A DNA stretch of 55,971 bases from Candidatus Dormibacteria bacterium (GTDB lineage Bacteria; Chloroflexota; Dormibacteria; Aeolococcales; Aeolococcaceae). The DNA lies in contig JBEKAP010000001.1 of the NCBI GenBank assembly GCA_050015875.1, forward strand, positions 1 to 55,971, given 5' to 3'. Position 1 is the first letter of the stretch. Every line of letters starts with the position of its first letter. The notes under the pieces are model-generated. The model saw nothing but the letters and a program-made list of their open reading frames with translations. It searched no databases and had not been told where the DNA came from. Below, in pieces: positions 35,425 to 43,297 of this stretch. The position numbers and the translations under genes are program-made.

Positions 35425-36078
35425 ATGGGCTGGGCGCGGCCGAAGATCCCCGTCGTGAGACGCCGCCGTCGCGGTGGCGAGGACGCCCCCCGCCTCGCCG
35501 TCGTGTCGGAGGCCCAGTCCACGAGCCGAGCGGCGAGCCGTGTCCTCGTGGACGCCTCCACTCGCACCTTCTGGTCGCGGGGCGCCGAGGGCCCGGTCAC
35601 GCTCGTCGAGTCCGACACCGGAGTCGCCGCACGCCCGCTGCGCGACCGCGTCCGTGCGATGGTGGCGGCGCACGACAGTGGCCAGAGACGCAGCGGTGTC
35701 CGGCCGTCCGGAAACCCCGCCTTCAGCGAGGCGCTCTTCGTCGAGCTGATCCGTGGCGGTCAGCACGCGCGCGCATTCGCCCTGCTCGCGCCCGAGTGCC
35801 AGCTCCTCTGGGGAAGCGTCGAACGCTTTGCCGCCGCCCACGGCGAGCCGTCGCTCCGCCGGCTGGAGGGCGTCAACGTCGTCGCCGTCCGCCATCTGGA
35901 CGAGTGGATCGATCCCCATCAGGGCGACGTTCACCGGCAGGTTGCCGAGCTGGACGTCCAGTACAGCTTCGACGCCGGGCAACGCCGTGTGCAGCTGTCA
36001 CGGACCGTGCATCTGGTGGCATTCGAGGGGCGCTGGCGCTCCCTCTCCTACCCGGTGGAGGCCGCGGTCGCCTCCTGA
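35425..36078 (+). CDS. Hypothetical protein
   Basis: This is the in-frame ATG at 35425 within ORF 35092-36078. The upstream part of that ORF is antisense to the receiver gene. Third-position G/C bias is good. No recognisable motif. Confidence 0.5.
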   Translation: MGWARPKIPVVRRRRRGGEDAPRLAVVSEAQSTSRAASRVLVDASTRTFWSRGAEGPVTLVESDTGVAARPLRDRVRAMVAAHDSGQRRSGVRPSGNPAFSEALFVELIRGGQHARAFALLAPECQLLWGSVERFAAAHGEPSLRRLEGVNVVAVRHLDEWIDPHQGDVHRQVAELDVQYSFDAGQRRVQLSRTVHLVAFEGRWRSLSYPVEAAVAS

Positions 36079-36208
36079 CGCCGGGGTGGCGCTGCCGCCG
36101 GCGGAGCGGGCCGTGAACCTCCCCAGGCTCGACTCGTCCCCGGCCACCCGGACGGATCGTCACCTCGCCCACACGGTCCGGAAAGGTCCGGCTCCGTAGA
36201 ATGCTCGG

Positions 36209-36595
36209 ATGATCTCCGCCGCGGTGCTCCGCAGTCGACCCGGCCCGCTCGCGGCCACCCGCGCCGAGCTGTTCGACATCGAGATGCGGGCGCGGTTCCG
36301 CCGGGACCGGCTCTTCCGGTCGCGGCTGCGCCTCCGGGAATCCGACACCCTCCTCGACCTGGTGGAGGAGTGCCGCATCCGCGGCATCCGTCCTCTTCCC
36401 CCCGCGCTCTGGAGCGCCGTGGTCCGTCTGGTGGGGACCGTGGAGCCCGCGCTCCGTGACGAGCTGGGGATCGACCGTGGCGCCGACCACGTGAGCGACG
36501 TCCTCTTCGCCGCCCAGGAGATCCTCCAGGAGGAGGCCCGGCAGGAGCGGCGGCCTCAGCTCGCTCCGATCATCCCCCTCTTCCCCGCCGGCTAG
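36209..36595 (+). CDS. Hypothetical protein
   Basis: 128-aa ORF with a strong third-position G/C bias (atg atc tcc gcc gcg gtg ctc cgc ...). No recognisable motif. Confidence 0.55.
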   Translation: MISAAVLRSRPGPLAATRAELFDIEMRARFRRDRLFRSRLRLRESDTLLDLVEECRIRGIRPLPPALWSAVVRLVGTVEPALRDELGIDRGADHVSDVLFAAQEILQEEARQERRPQLAPIIPLFPAG

Positions 36596-36621
36596 GCGGC
36601 GCCGGACCGGCCTCCGACCCC

Positions 36622-37491
36622 ATGCCCTGGGAGATCACGGTCGCAGGCACCGTCCACCTCGACGACATCACGACCCCCCACGGGCGGCGGTCCCGGCAGC
36701 TCGGCGGCTCAGCCCTGTATTTCGCCCTCGCCGCGGCGCCCCACGCCCGGGTCCACCTCAACTCCATCGTGGGCGAGGATGCGCAGGCAGAGCTGCGCCG
36801 GACCCTGCACGGCCTCCCGGTCGACCTCGGCGGGCTCACCGTGAGCCACCACCCCACCTTCCGCTGGCACGCCGTCCAGGACTTCCGGCGCTGGGTGGCC
36901 GAGACCGTAGCCGAGGAGCCCGGCTGCGAGTCCGAGTGGCGACCGCGGCTCAGCCCCGAGGCGGCCCGCGCCGAGGTGCTCTTCCTGGGCAGCATGAGCC
37001 CGGGGCTCCAGCGGGAGATCCTCGCCCAATCGTCGGCTCGGCTGATCGGGCTGGACAGCATGACCTGCTTCACCGGACCGGAGCGCGACGCGGTGCGCGA
37101 GCTGGTGAGCGGTTGCGACATCGTCTTCCTCAACCGGGCCGAGCTGAGCAGCCTGGTCCCCGAGGCGCCGGACTGGCAGGCGGCGGCGGCGAGCCTGCGG
37201 GGTCGGGGGCGGCTGCGCGCCGTGGTGGTGAAGGGCGGGCCGCAGGGGGCGGTCCTGGTGACCTCCTCGAGCACCCTGGTGAGGCCGCCGGCGTCCGTCG
37301 ACGCCGTCATCGACCCGACCGGTGCGGGGGACGCGGTCGCCGGAGGCTTCCTCGGCCTCTGCGCGGCGGCCGAGCGGGGCGACGACGGCTTCTTCCCCGT
37401 GGCCCTCGAGGAGGGCCTGGGCCGCGCTGCCGCCGCCATCGGCACCTTCGGCACCGAGGGCCTCCGCCGGCTCGCCGTCGAGACCGCCTGA
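36622..37491 (+). CDS. PfkB/ribokinase-family carbohydrate kinase
   Basis: N-terminal GGSALYFALA. The C-terminal signature VIDPTGAGDAVAGGFL is the PfkB DxTGAGD motif. Confidence 0.85.
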   Translation: MPWEITVAGTVHLDDITTPHGRRSRQLGGSALYFALAAAPHARVHLNSIVGEDAQAELRRTLHGLPVDLGGLTVSHHPTFRWHAVQDFRRWVAETVAEEPGCESEWRPRLSPEAARAEVLFLGSMSPGLQREILAQSSARLIGLDSMTCFTGPERDAVRELVSGCDIVFLNRAELSSLVPEAPDWQAAAASLRGRGRLRAVVVKGGPQGAVLVTSSSTLVRPPASVDAVIDPTGAGDAVAGGFLGLCAAAERGDDGFFPVALEEGLGRAAAAIGTFGTEGLRRLAVETA

Positions 37492-37542
37492 CCGCCTCTC
37501 CCTCGTCATCTCCTCGAAAGGCGGCCGGGGTAGAGTGGAGGC

Positions 37543-37914
37543 ATGTTCATTCGCTACGGATACGGCGGCGTCGGTTTCCCCCTCTGGTTCAGCATCATCG
37601 GGCTGGTCCTCTTTGCCCTGATGATCGGCTCGATCGTCTGGCTGGTCTTCACCCTCAGCCGGGCGGGGCGCCACGCGGGCATGCGCTGGTACGCGGGCGG
37701 CGGTGGATACGGCCCCCGGTCCCACTCCCCCGCGCTCCAGGAGCTTGACCTCGCCTACGCCCGCGGCCAGCTGACCCGGGACGAGTACTTCCGGCGCCGC
37801 GCCGACCTCGTCGGCTGGGGACCTCCTGCCGGACCGCCCGGCTACGCCGCCGGCCCCGGACCGGCTCCCCAGGGCCCGGGCGACGGGGACCCCGGCGCAC
37901 CCACCTCCGCATAG
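37543..37914 (+). CDS. Small membrane protein with SHOCT-like motif and Pro/Gly-rich tail
   Basis: Two N-terminal hydrophobic segments (FPLWFSIIGLVLFALMIGSIVWLVF). The stretch LDLAYARGQLTRDEYFRRRADL resembles the SHOCT short C-terminal domain. Confidence 0.65.
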   Translation: MFIRYGYGGVGFPLWFSIIGLVLFALMIGSIVWLVFTLSRAGRHAGMRWYAGGGGYGPRSHSPALQELDLAYARGQLTRDEYFRRRADLVGWGPPAGPPGYAAGPGPAPQGPGDGDPGAPTSA

Positions 37915-37929
37915 GCGTCGTCGCCGGCG

Positions 37930-39684
37930 TCAGCCCGTCACGGCGCCGACGCCGTACCAGACGGTGACGCCGCCCGTGGCGGTGCCGGGAGTCCCGAGCA
38001 GCTCCGTCATCAGCCGCACCACCTGGGCCGCTCCCGCCGAGGGGCCGACGATCACCGTGGTCACGTCGTGGGCGCGCAGGTCGGCCAGGTACGCCGCCCG
38101 CTGTGACGTCGAGAGTGAGCCCGGCGCGGGCACGCCGAGGTCTCCCACCGACTTCAGCTCCTGCCCCAGCGCGTCCGGGTCGGGGCCGATGAGACTCCCG
38201 TGCGGGATCGGGGTGTAGACGATCCCGAGCTGGGTCTTGAAGGCGAGGTCCGACATCGCCTCCCAGAGCTCGGGGGGATAGTCCATCGAGTTCTTCCCGT
38301 AGGGGGTCATCAGCACCGAGCCGGTCGCCGGCAGCCGCTGGGCGGACCCGTCGGTGAAGAAGGCCGGGATGTCGAGCCGGCTCGACTGGATCGGCAGGGT
38401 GGGGACCAGGGGGATCACGGCCACCAGGACCGCGGCCAGCCCCGCGATCCGCCACCGGCGGGACGCCTCCAGCACGCGGTCGAGGAGCACGGCCACGATC
38501 ACCGCCAGCGCCAGGTAGCCCGCCACCATCAGGCGCACGGGCAGGAGACTGTCGATGATCGGCAGCTTGGTGGCGATCAGCCAGGGCAGCCGGATCCCGG
38601 TCGCAGCCCCCTGGATCCAGAGGTGAGCGCCCAGCGACAGGATCATGGCGCAGCCGAGCGTCACCGCCGCCGCCACCACCGCGGGACGGTGGCGCATCCA
38701 GGCGGTCACGCCGATCGCGAGGATCAGGAGCGGAACGCCGATGTACACGCTCGAGTCGAAGACGGCGGTGCGGCCACCGAGCAGCTGGAGCGCGCTGGGG
38801 ATGACGAAGGACGCCGGACGCGCGACGAAGACGTCGCCCTGGAGGGCGCCGGAGACGCGCTGCGGCCCGAGCAGGGCGAAGTAGAGGGGGTAACCGGCCA
38901 GAACCGCGAATACCGCCAGCGCCGCGGCGGCGGCGTGCAGCGCGTACCCGGCCCGCTCCCGGAGCCGGGCTCGGAAGACGACGGCGAGGGTGATCAGCGC
39001 CGGGATGCACATCACCACCGAGATCGCCAGCAGCTCCGTGCCGGTGAGGAGCTGGGCGGCGGCCGCCAGCCCGAGGAGGCCTCCGATCAGCCAGGCTCGG
39101 CGCCGCTGGCGCACCAGGATCTCGTCCAGGAAGAGGACGAGCAGGGGAGGGAAGACCGCCACGAAGATCTGGGCGTGCACGGTGATCTGGCTGGCCATGA
39201 ACGGGCTGAACTGGTAGAGCAGTCCTCCGGCGGCGGCCGAGACCCAGTGCCGCGCGTAGCGCCGGACGGCGAGGAATGCGCACCAGCCCGAGAGCCACAT
39301 GCTGAGGAGGGTCAGCAGGTTGTAGGCGACGATCGGGCCCCAGAGGACGGTGACCGGTGACAGCACCAGCGACGGGAAGAGGATCGACGAGTTCCACATC
39401 AGGTTGACGCCGGTCGGGTAGTGGAGGTAGCCGGTCATCAGCGGGTTGAGGTGGTGACCGAGGGCGAAGGGCATCCACTGCAGCGCCCAGATCGAGAGCG
39501 AGGGGTCGCCGGTGGTGCCGACGATGGTGCCGTGGCCGGTGAACAGCCCCGGCCACATCGCCCCCAGCGCCAGCGCCAGGAGTAGGACGGGGGCCGCCGC
39601 CGCCCGTGCCACGCGGAGCCCGCGACCGGCCCCGGCCCCCGGATCCGCTGGTCGCGCGGCTCCCGTCGCGAGCTGGTCGCTCAT
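37930..39684 (-). CDS. Polytopic membrane protein with C-terminal extracytoplasmic domain, paralog A (GT-C-like candidate)
   Basis: ORF 37930-39786 trimmed to the Met at 39684 (MSDQLATG...). About 12 hydrophobic segments. Conserved loop GDPSLSIWALQWMPFALGHHLNPLMTGYLHYPTGVNLMWN. Roughly two-thirds identical by eye to 41439-43214. Confidence 0.8.
   Translation of the reverse strand: MSDQLATGAARPADPGAGAGRGLRVARAAAAPVLLLALALGAMWPGLFTGHGTIVGTTGDPSLSIWALQWMPFALGHHLNPLMTGYLHYPTGVNLMWNSSILFPSLVLSPVTVLWGPIVAYNLLTLLSMWLSGWCAFLAVRRYARHWVSAAAGGLLYQFSPFMASQITVHAQIFVAVFPPLLVLFLDEILVRQRRRAWLIGGLLGLAAAAQLLTGTELLAISVVMCIPALITLAVVFRARLRERAGYALHAAAAALAVFAVLAGYPLYFALLGPQRVSGALQGDVFVARPASFVIPSALQLLGGRTAVFDSSVYIGVPLLILAIGVTAWMRHRPAVVAAAVTLGCAMILSLGAHLWIQGAATGIRLPWLIATKLPIIDSLLPVRLMVAGYLALAVIVAVLLDRVLEASRRWRIAGLAAVLVAVIPLVPTLPIQSSRLDIPAFFTDGSAQRLPATGSVLMTPYGKNSMDYPPELWEAMSDLAFKTQLGIVYTPIPHGSLIGPDPDALGQELKSVGDLGVPAPGSLSTSQRAAYLADLRAHDVTTVIVGPSAGAAQVVRLMTELLGTPGTATGGVTVWYGVGAVTG
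37930..39684 (-). repeat. Gene-sized diverged direct duplication, copy A (partner 41439-43214)
   Basis: Long collinear nucleotide and protein similarity to copy B. One example is GTELLAISVVMCIPALITLAVVFRARL versus GTELLTISVLMAVPALITLAAIFRARL. Another is SSVYIGVPLLILA, which is identical in both. Confidence 0.85.
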
Positions 39685-39691
39685 GACCCGG

Positions 39692-40411
39692 TCAGCGTGG
39701 GCGCGCGGGTCGCCAGCCCCGGTAGCGTGCCAGGGCCCGGATCGCCCTGACTCCGTCCATCGCGGTGAGCTTCTTGCCCTCGGCACGGGAGCGCGCGGCG
39801 TAGGTGATCGGGACCTCGTAGATGCGGTGACCGGAACGGAGCAGCTTGGCGGTGATCTCGGGCTCCAGCTCGAACCCGCGAGCCTCGAGGTGGAGGGAGA
39901 GGGCGACCTCCCGGGGCATCACCTTGTAGCCGGTCTCCATGTCCGAGAGGTAGCAGTTGTAGATGACGTTGGTGGCGAGCGTCACCAGCCGATTGCCGAT
40001 CACGTACCAGTACGAGTAGGCGGTGTGGCTGCTGAAGGCCCTGGATCCGTAGACGACCGTCGCCCGCCCGTTCCGGATCGGCTCCAGGAGGTGGGGGTAG
40101 TCCGCGGGGTCGTACTCGAGGTCGGCGTCCTGGATCAGCACCACCTTTCCCCGCGCGTGCCCGAGGGCGGTGCGGATCGCCGCCCCCTTCCCCTGGTTGA
40201 CCTGGTGGCGGTGGGCGTGCACCCGGGGATCGGAGGCCGCTCGTGCCTCCATCAGCTCCCATGTGTTGTCGGTCGAGCCGTCATCCACCAGGATCAGCTC
40301 CAGGTCGACCGGGGAGGCGAGGACGGCGTCGAGGACCTGAGAGATGGTCCGCCCCTCGTTGAGGGCGGGCATCAGGACCGAGAGGAAGGGTGCGTCCATC
40401 GGCGCGGGCAT
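39692..40411 (-). CDS. GT2 glycosyltransferase, DPM1/ArnC-like catalytic domain without TM segments (candidate polyprenyl-phosphate sugar synthase)
   Basis: This is the real part of the long ORF 39692-41326. Met at 40411 (MPAPMDAPFLSVLMPALNEG). Motifs ILVDDGSTDNT, LIQDADLEYDP and VYGSR. It starts 1 nt after the stop of the upstream uxs-like gene. Confidence 0.85.
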   Translation of the reverse strand: MPAPMDAPFLSVLMPALNEGRTISQVLDAVLASPVDLELILVDDGSTDNTWELMEARAASDPRVHAHRHQVNQGKGAAIRTALGHARGKVVLIQDADLEYDPADYPHLLEPIRNGRATVVYGSRAFSSHTAYSYWYVIGNRLVTLATNVIYNCYLSDMETGYKVMPREVALSLHLEARGFELEPEITAKLLRSGHRIYEVPITYAARSRAEGKKLTAMDGVRAIRALARYRGWRPARPR

Positions 40412-40412
40412 C

Positions 40413-41396
40413 CTACCCCAACACCGCGGCCTGCCCGGCCTGTCCCGGCGATCGTCCCGGCTCGGGGTCGCTCCCCCGCCACCAGGCGACGGTCCGGGCC
40501 AGGCCCTCCGCCAGCGGGACGCGGGGCTCCCACGCGAGCAGCTCGCGGGCGACGGCGATGTCGGGTCGCCGGCGCCGGGGGTCGTCGACCGGCAGCGGCT
40601 CGAAGACGATCTCGCTCCCGCTGCCGCACAGCTCGCGGACCGTCCGGGCCAGCTCCAGCATGGTGATCTCGCTCGGATTCCCGATGTTGACCGGCAGCGC
40701 GCGATCGCTCGCGAGCAGCCGGAGGATGCCGTCGACGAGGTCGTCCACGTAGCAGAGGCTCCGGGTCTGGGAGCCGTCGCCGAAGACGGTGATCGGCTCG
40801 CCGGCGAGCGCCTGGGTGAGGAATGCGGGTACCGCGCGCCCGTCATGACGCCGCATCCGCGGCCCGTACGTGTTGAAGATCCGGACGATGCGGGTGTCCA
40901 CACCGTGGTGGTTGTGGTACGCCATGGTGAAGGCCTCGGCGGCGCGCTTGGCCTCGTCGTAGATGCTTCGCGGCCCGATCGGATTGACGTGTCCCCAGTA
41001 GGTCTCCGGCTGGGGGTGGACCTCCGGGTCGCCGTAGACCTCGCTGGTGCTGGCGAGCAGGAAGCGCGCTCCCTTGGCCATGGCCAGACCCAGGGCCCGG
41101 TGGGTGCCCAGGGTGCCCACCTTGATGGTCTGGATCGGCAGCAGCGCGTAGTCGATGGGGCTGGCCGGTGACGCGAAATGGAGCACGGCGTCGACCGGGC
41201 CGTCCACATCGAGATACTCGGTGACGTCCTGCTCCCGCAAGCTGAAGGCTGGGTTTCCGCTGAGGTGAGCGAGGTTCCCCGGGCTGCCGGTGACGAGGTT
41301 GTCGAGGGCGACCACCTCGACGCCACGTCCGAGAAGGTGGTCGCAGAGGTGCGAGCCGAGAAACCCGGCTCCTCCCGTGATCACGACGCGCTGCAT
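40413..41396 (-). CDS. uxs: UDP-glucuronate decarboxylase (UDP-xylose synthase)
   Basis: The protein begins [22 protein letters not shown]. The stretch [39 protein letters not shown] is a UXS-type signature with the YxxxK motif. An alternative start lies at 41417. Confidence 0.9.
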   Translation of the reverse strand: MQRVVITGGAGFLGSHLCDHLLGRGVEVVALDNLVTGSPGNLAHLSGNPAFSLREQDVTEYLDVDGPVDAVLHFASPASPIDYALLPIQTIKVGTLGTHRALGLAMAKGARFLLASTSEVYGDPEVHPQPETYWGHVNPIGPRSIYDEAKRAAEAFTMAYHNHHGVDTRIVRIFNTYGPRMRRHDGRAVPAFLTQALAGEPITVFGDGSQTRSLCYVDDLVDGILRLLASDRALPVNIGNPSEITMLELARTVRELCGSGSEIVFEPLPVDDPRRRRPDIAVARELLAWEPRVPLAEGLARTVAWWRGSDPEPGRSPGQAGQAAVLG

Positions 41397-41438
41397 GCGC
41401 CAGGTGTTGCCGGACATCGCGACGATCCTAGCGTGGTC

Positions 41439-43214
41439 TCAGGGATGGACGTCGAACCAGACGATCACCCCGCCGGTGCTGACCCCGGGCTCACCCGTCA
41501 GCTCGGTGAACAGCTGCGCCTCCGCACCCTCGCCGCTCGAGGGACCGACGACGATGGCGTCGACGTCGTGGGCGCGCATGTCCCCCAGGTAGGTCTCACG
41601 CAGGGAGGATGAGAGCGTCGGCACCGTCGCCCCGCTGCCCAGCGCGGTCAGCTCCTGCCCCAGGGCGTCGGTATCGGGGCCCCATTCAGGTCCGCGCGCT
41701 CCCGGGGTGAAGACCATGCCGATCTGGGTCTTGAAGGCCATGCCCGAGGCCGCCTGCCACACCTCGGGGGGGTAGTCGGGAAACACGCCGCCGTAGGGGG
41801 TCATCAGCACCGAACCTGTGGTCGGGAGCCGGCTGGCGGCACCGTCGGTGAAGAAGGGGGGGATCACGTACTGGCCCGAGGAGATCGGCAGCGACGGGAT
41901 GAGGGGCACCAGCGCCACCAGGGCAACGGCCAGGCCGGTGACGCGCCATCGTGGGGTCGCCTCGAGCACCCCGTCGAGGAAGGCGGCCATGATCACGGCC
42001 AGGGCCAGGTAGCCGGCGACCATCAGGCGCACCGGCAGGACGTTGTCGAGCACCGGAAGGTTCTGGGGGATGATCCAGGGCAGCGGGATCCCGGTGGCGG
42101 CGCCGTGGAGGGTGAGGTTGCCACCCAGCGCCAGCACCACGGCGCAGGCGACCGTGACCGCCGCGGCCACCACGACCGGGTGCCGCCGCATGCGGATGGT
42201 GACGACCACCGCCAGGATCAGCAGCGGGACGCCGATGTACACGCTGGAGTCGAGGACGGTGGAGGGCCCGCTGATCAGCTCGAAGGCCGACGGGACCAGG
42301 AAGGACGTCGGCCGGGCGACGAAGCCCGCGCCCTGGAGCGCGCCCGAGACCCGCCCGGGTCCGCGGAAGAGGATGTAGAGGGGATACGCCGCCAGGATCA
42401 CGAAGGTCGCCGCGGCGAATCCGGCGGCTCTGATGACGTAGGGCATCCGCTCCTGGAGCCGGGCGCGGAAGATCGCCGCCAGGGTGATGAGCGCCGGGAC
42501 CGCCATCAGCACCGAGATGGTCAGCAGCTCGGTGCCGGTGAGCAGCTGGGCCGCGGCCGCGACCCCGAGCAGGACGCCGATCAGCCAGGCCCGGTGGCGC
42601 TGCCGTACCAGGATCTCGTCCGCGAAGAGCAGGAGCAGGGGAGGGAATACGGCCACGAAGAGGTGGGCGTGGCCGGTGATCTGGACCACCATGAACGGGC
42701 TGAACTCGTAGAGCAGCCCCCCCGCCAGCGCGGAGACCCAGTGCCGCGCGTACCGTCGCACCGCCAGGTAGGCGCACCAGCCGGAGAGCGACATCCCGAG
42801 GACGGTCAGCACGTTGTACGAGACGATCGGGCCGAAGAGATCGGTGACTGGGGTGAGCACCAGCGCGGGAAAGAGAATCGACGTGTTCCACATCAGGTTG
42901 GCGCCGGTCGGGTAGTGGAGGTAGTCGGTCACCAGGGGATTGAGGTGGTGGCTGAGGGCGAAGGGCAACCACTGCAGCGACCAGATGAAGATGGAGGGGT
43001 CGCCGGTGTTCCCGACGATGGTGTCGTGCCCGGTGAAGAGCCCGGGCCAGAGCGCCGCCAGCGCGAGCGCCAGCAGGAGGACGAGGGCCAGCGCGCCCGC
43101 GGCGGGCGATGGCAGGCCCCGACGGCGCCGTTCGACGACCTCGCCAGGCGCCATCTCGACCGGACGGGCCGGGCCGACCGGTCCCCCGGACGGTGGGGTC
43201 GGGTGTGCGCTCAT
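41439..43214 (-). CDS. Polytopic membrane protein with C-terminal extracytoplasmic domain, paralog B (GT-C-like candidate)
   Basis: ORF 41439-43298 trimmed to the Met at 43214 (MSAHPTPPSG...). It has the same loop motif, GDPSIFIWSLQWLPFALSHHLNPLVTDYLHYPTGANLMWN, and the same overall architecture as paralog A. Confidence 0.8.
   Translation of the reverse strand: MSAHPTPPSGGPVGPARPVEMAPGEVVERRRRGLPSPAAGALALVLLLALALAALWPGLFTGHDTIVGNTGDPSIFIWSLQWLPFALSHHLNPLVTDYLHYPTGANLMWNTSILFPALVLTPVTDLFGPIVSYNVLTVLGMSLSGWCAYLAVRRYARHWVSALAGGLLYEFSPFMVVQITGHAHLFVAVFPPLLLLFADEILVRQRHRAWLIGVLLGVAAAAQLLTGTELLTISVLMAVPALITLAAIFRARLQERMPYVIRAAGFAAATFVILAAYPLYILFRGPGRVSGALQGAGFVARPTSFLVPSAFELISGPSTVLDSSVYIGVPLLILAVVVTIRMRRHPVVVAAAVTVACAVVLALGGNLTLHGAATGIPLPWIIPQNLPVLDNVLPVRLMVAGYLALAVIMAAFLDGVLEATPRWRVTGLAVALVALVPLIPSLPISSGQYVIPPFFTDGAASRLPTTGSVLMTPYGGVFPDYPPEVWQAASGMAFKTQIGMVFTPGARGPEWGPDTDALGQELTALGSGATVPTLSSSLRETYLGDMRAHDVDAIVVGPSSGEGAEAQLFTELTGEPGVSTGGVIVWFDVHP
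41439..43214 (-). repeat. Gene-sized diverged direct duplication, copy B (partner 37930-39684)
   Basis: See copy A. The two copies flank the uxs-GT2 pair on the same strand. Confidence 0.85.
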
Positions 43215-43230
43215 CGTCGCCGGATCATAT

Positions 43231-43267
43231 CCACCCGGCGGCTGGGCGCCGGGTGGCCGGTCACCGG
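43231..43267. promoter_or_regulatory. Two adjacent palindromes in the divergent ugd / GT-C-paralog promoter region (candidate operator)
   Basis: CCACCCGGCG-gctggg-CGCCGGGTGG is a perfect 10-bp inverted repeat (43231-43256). It is followed directly by CCGGT-c-ACCGG (43257-43267). Confidence 0.35.
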
Positions 43268-43285
43268 TGGGGGGCACCCGGCCGC

Positions 43286-43291
43286 TAGAGT
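43286..43291 (+). promoter_or_regulatory. Candidate -10 element (TAGAGT) placing the ugd ATG at the transcription start (leaderless)
   Basis: TAGAGT ends 6 nt before the ATG at 43298, the same geometry as the XRE promoter. No Shine-Dalgarno sequence is present and no convincing -35 was seen. Confidence 0.3.
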
Positions 43292-43297
43292 TCAGCA

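Noticed and set aside
39692-41326. 544-aa minus-strand ORF
   Set aside because: Only the C-terminal 239 aa (GT2) carry motifs. The N-terminal part overlaps the clearly real UDP-xylose synthase gene in a different frame and is Ser/Pro/Arg/Thr-rich.
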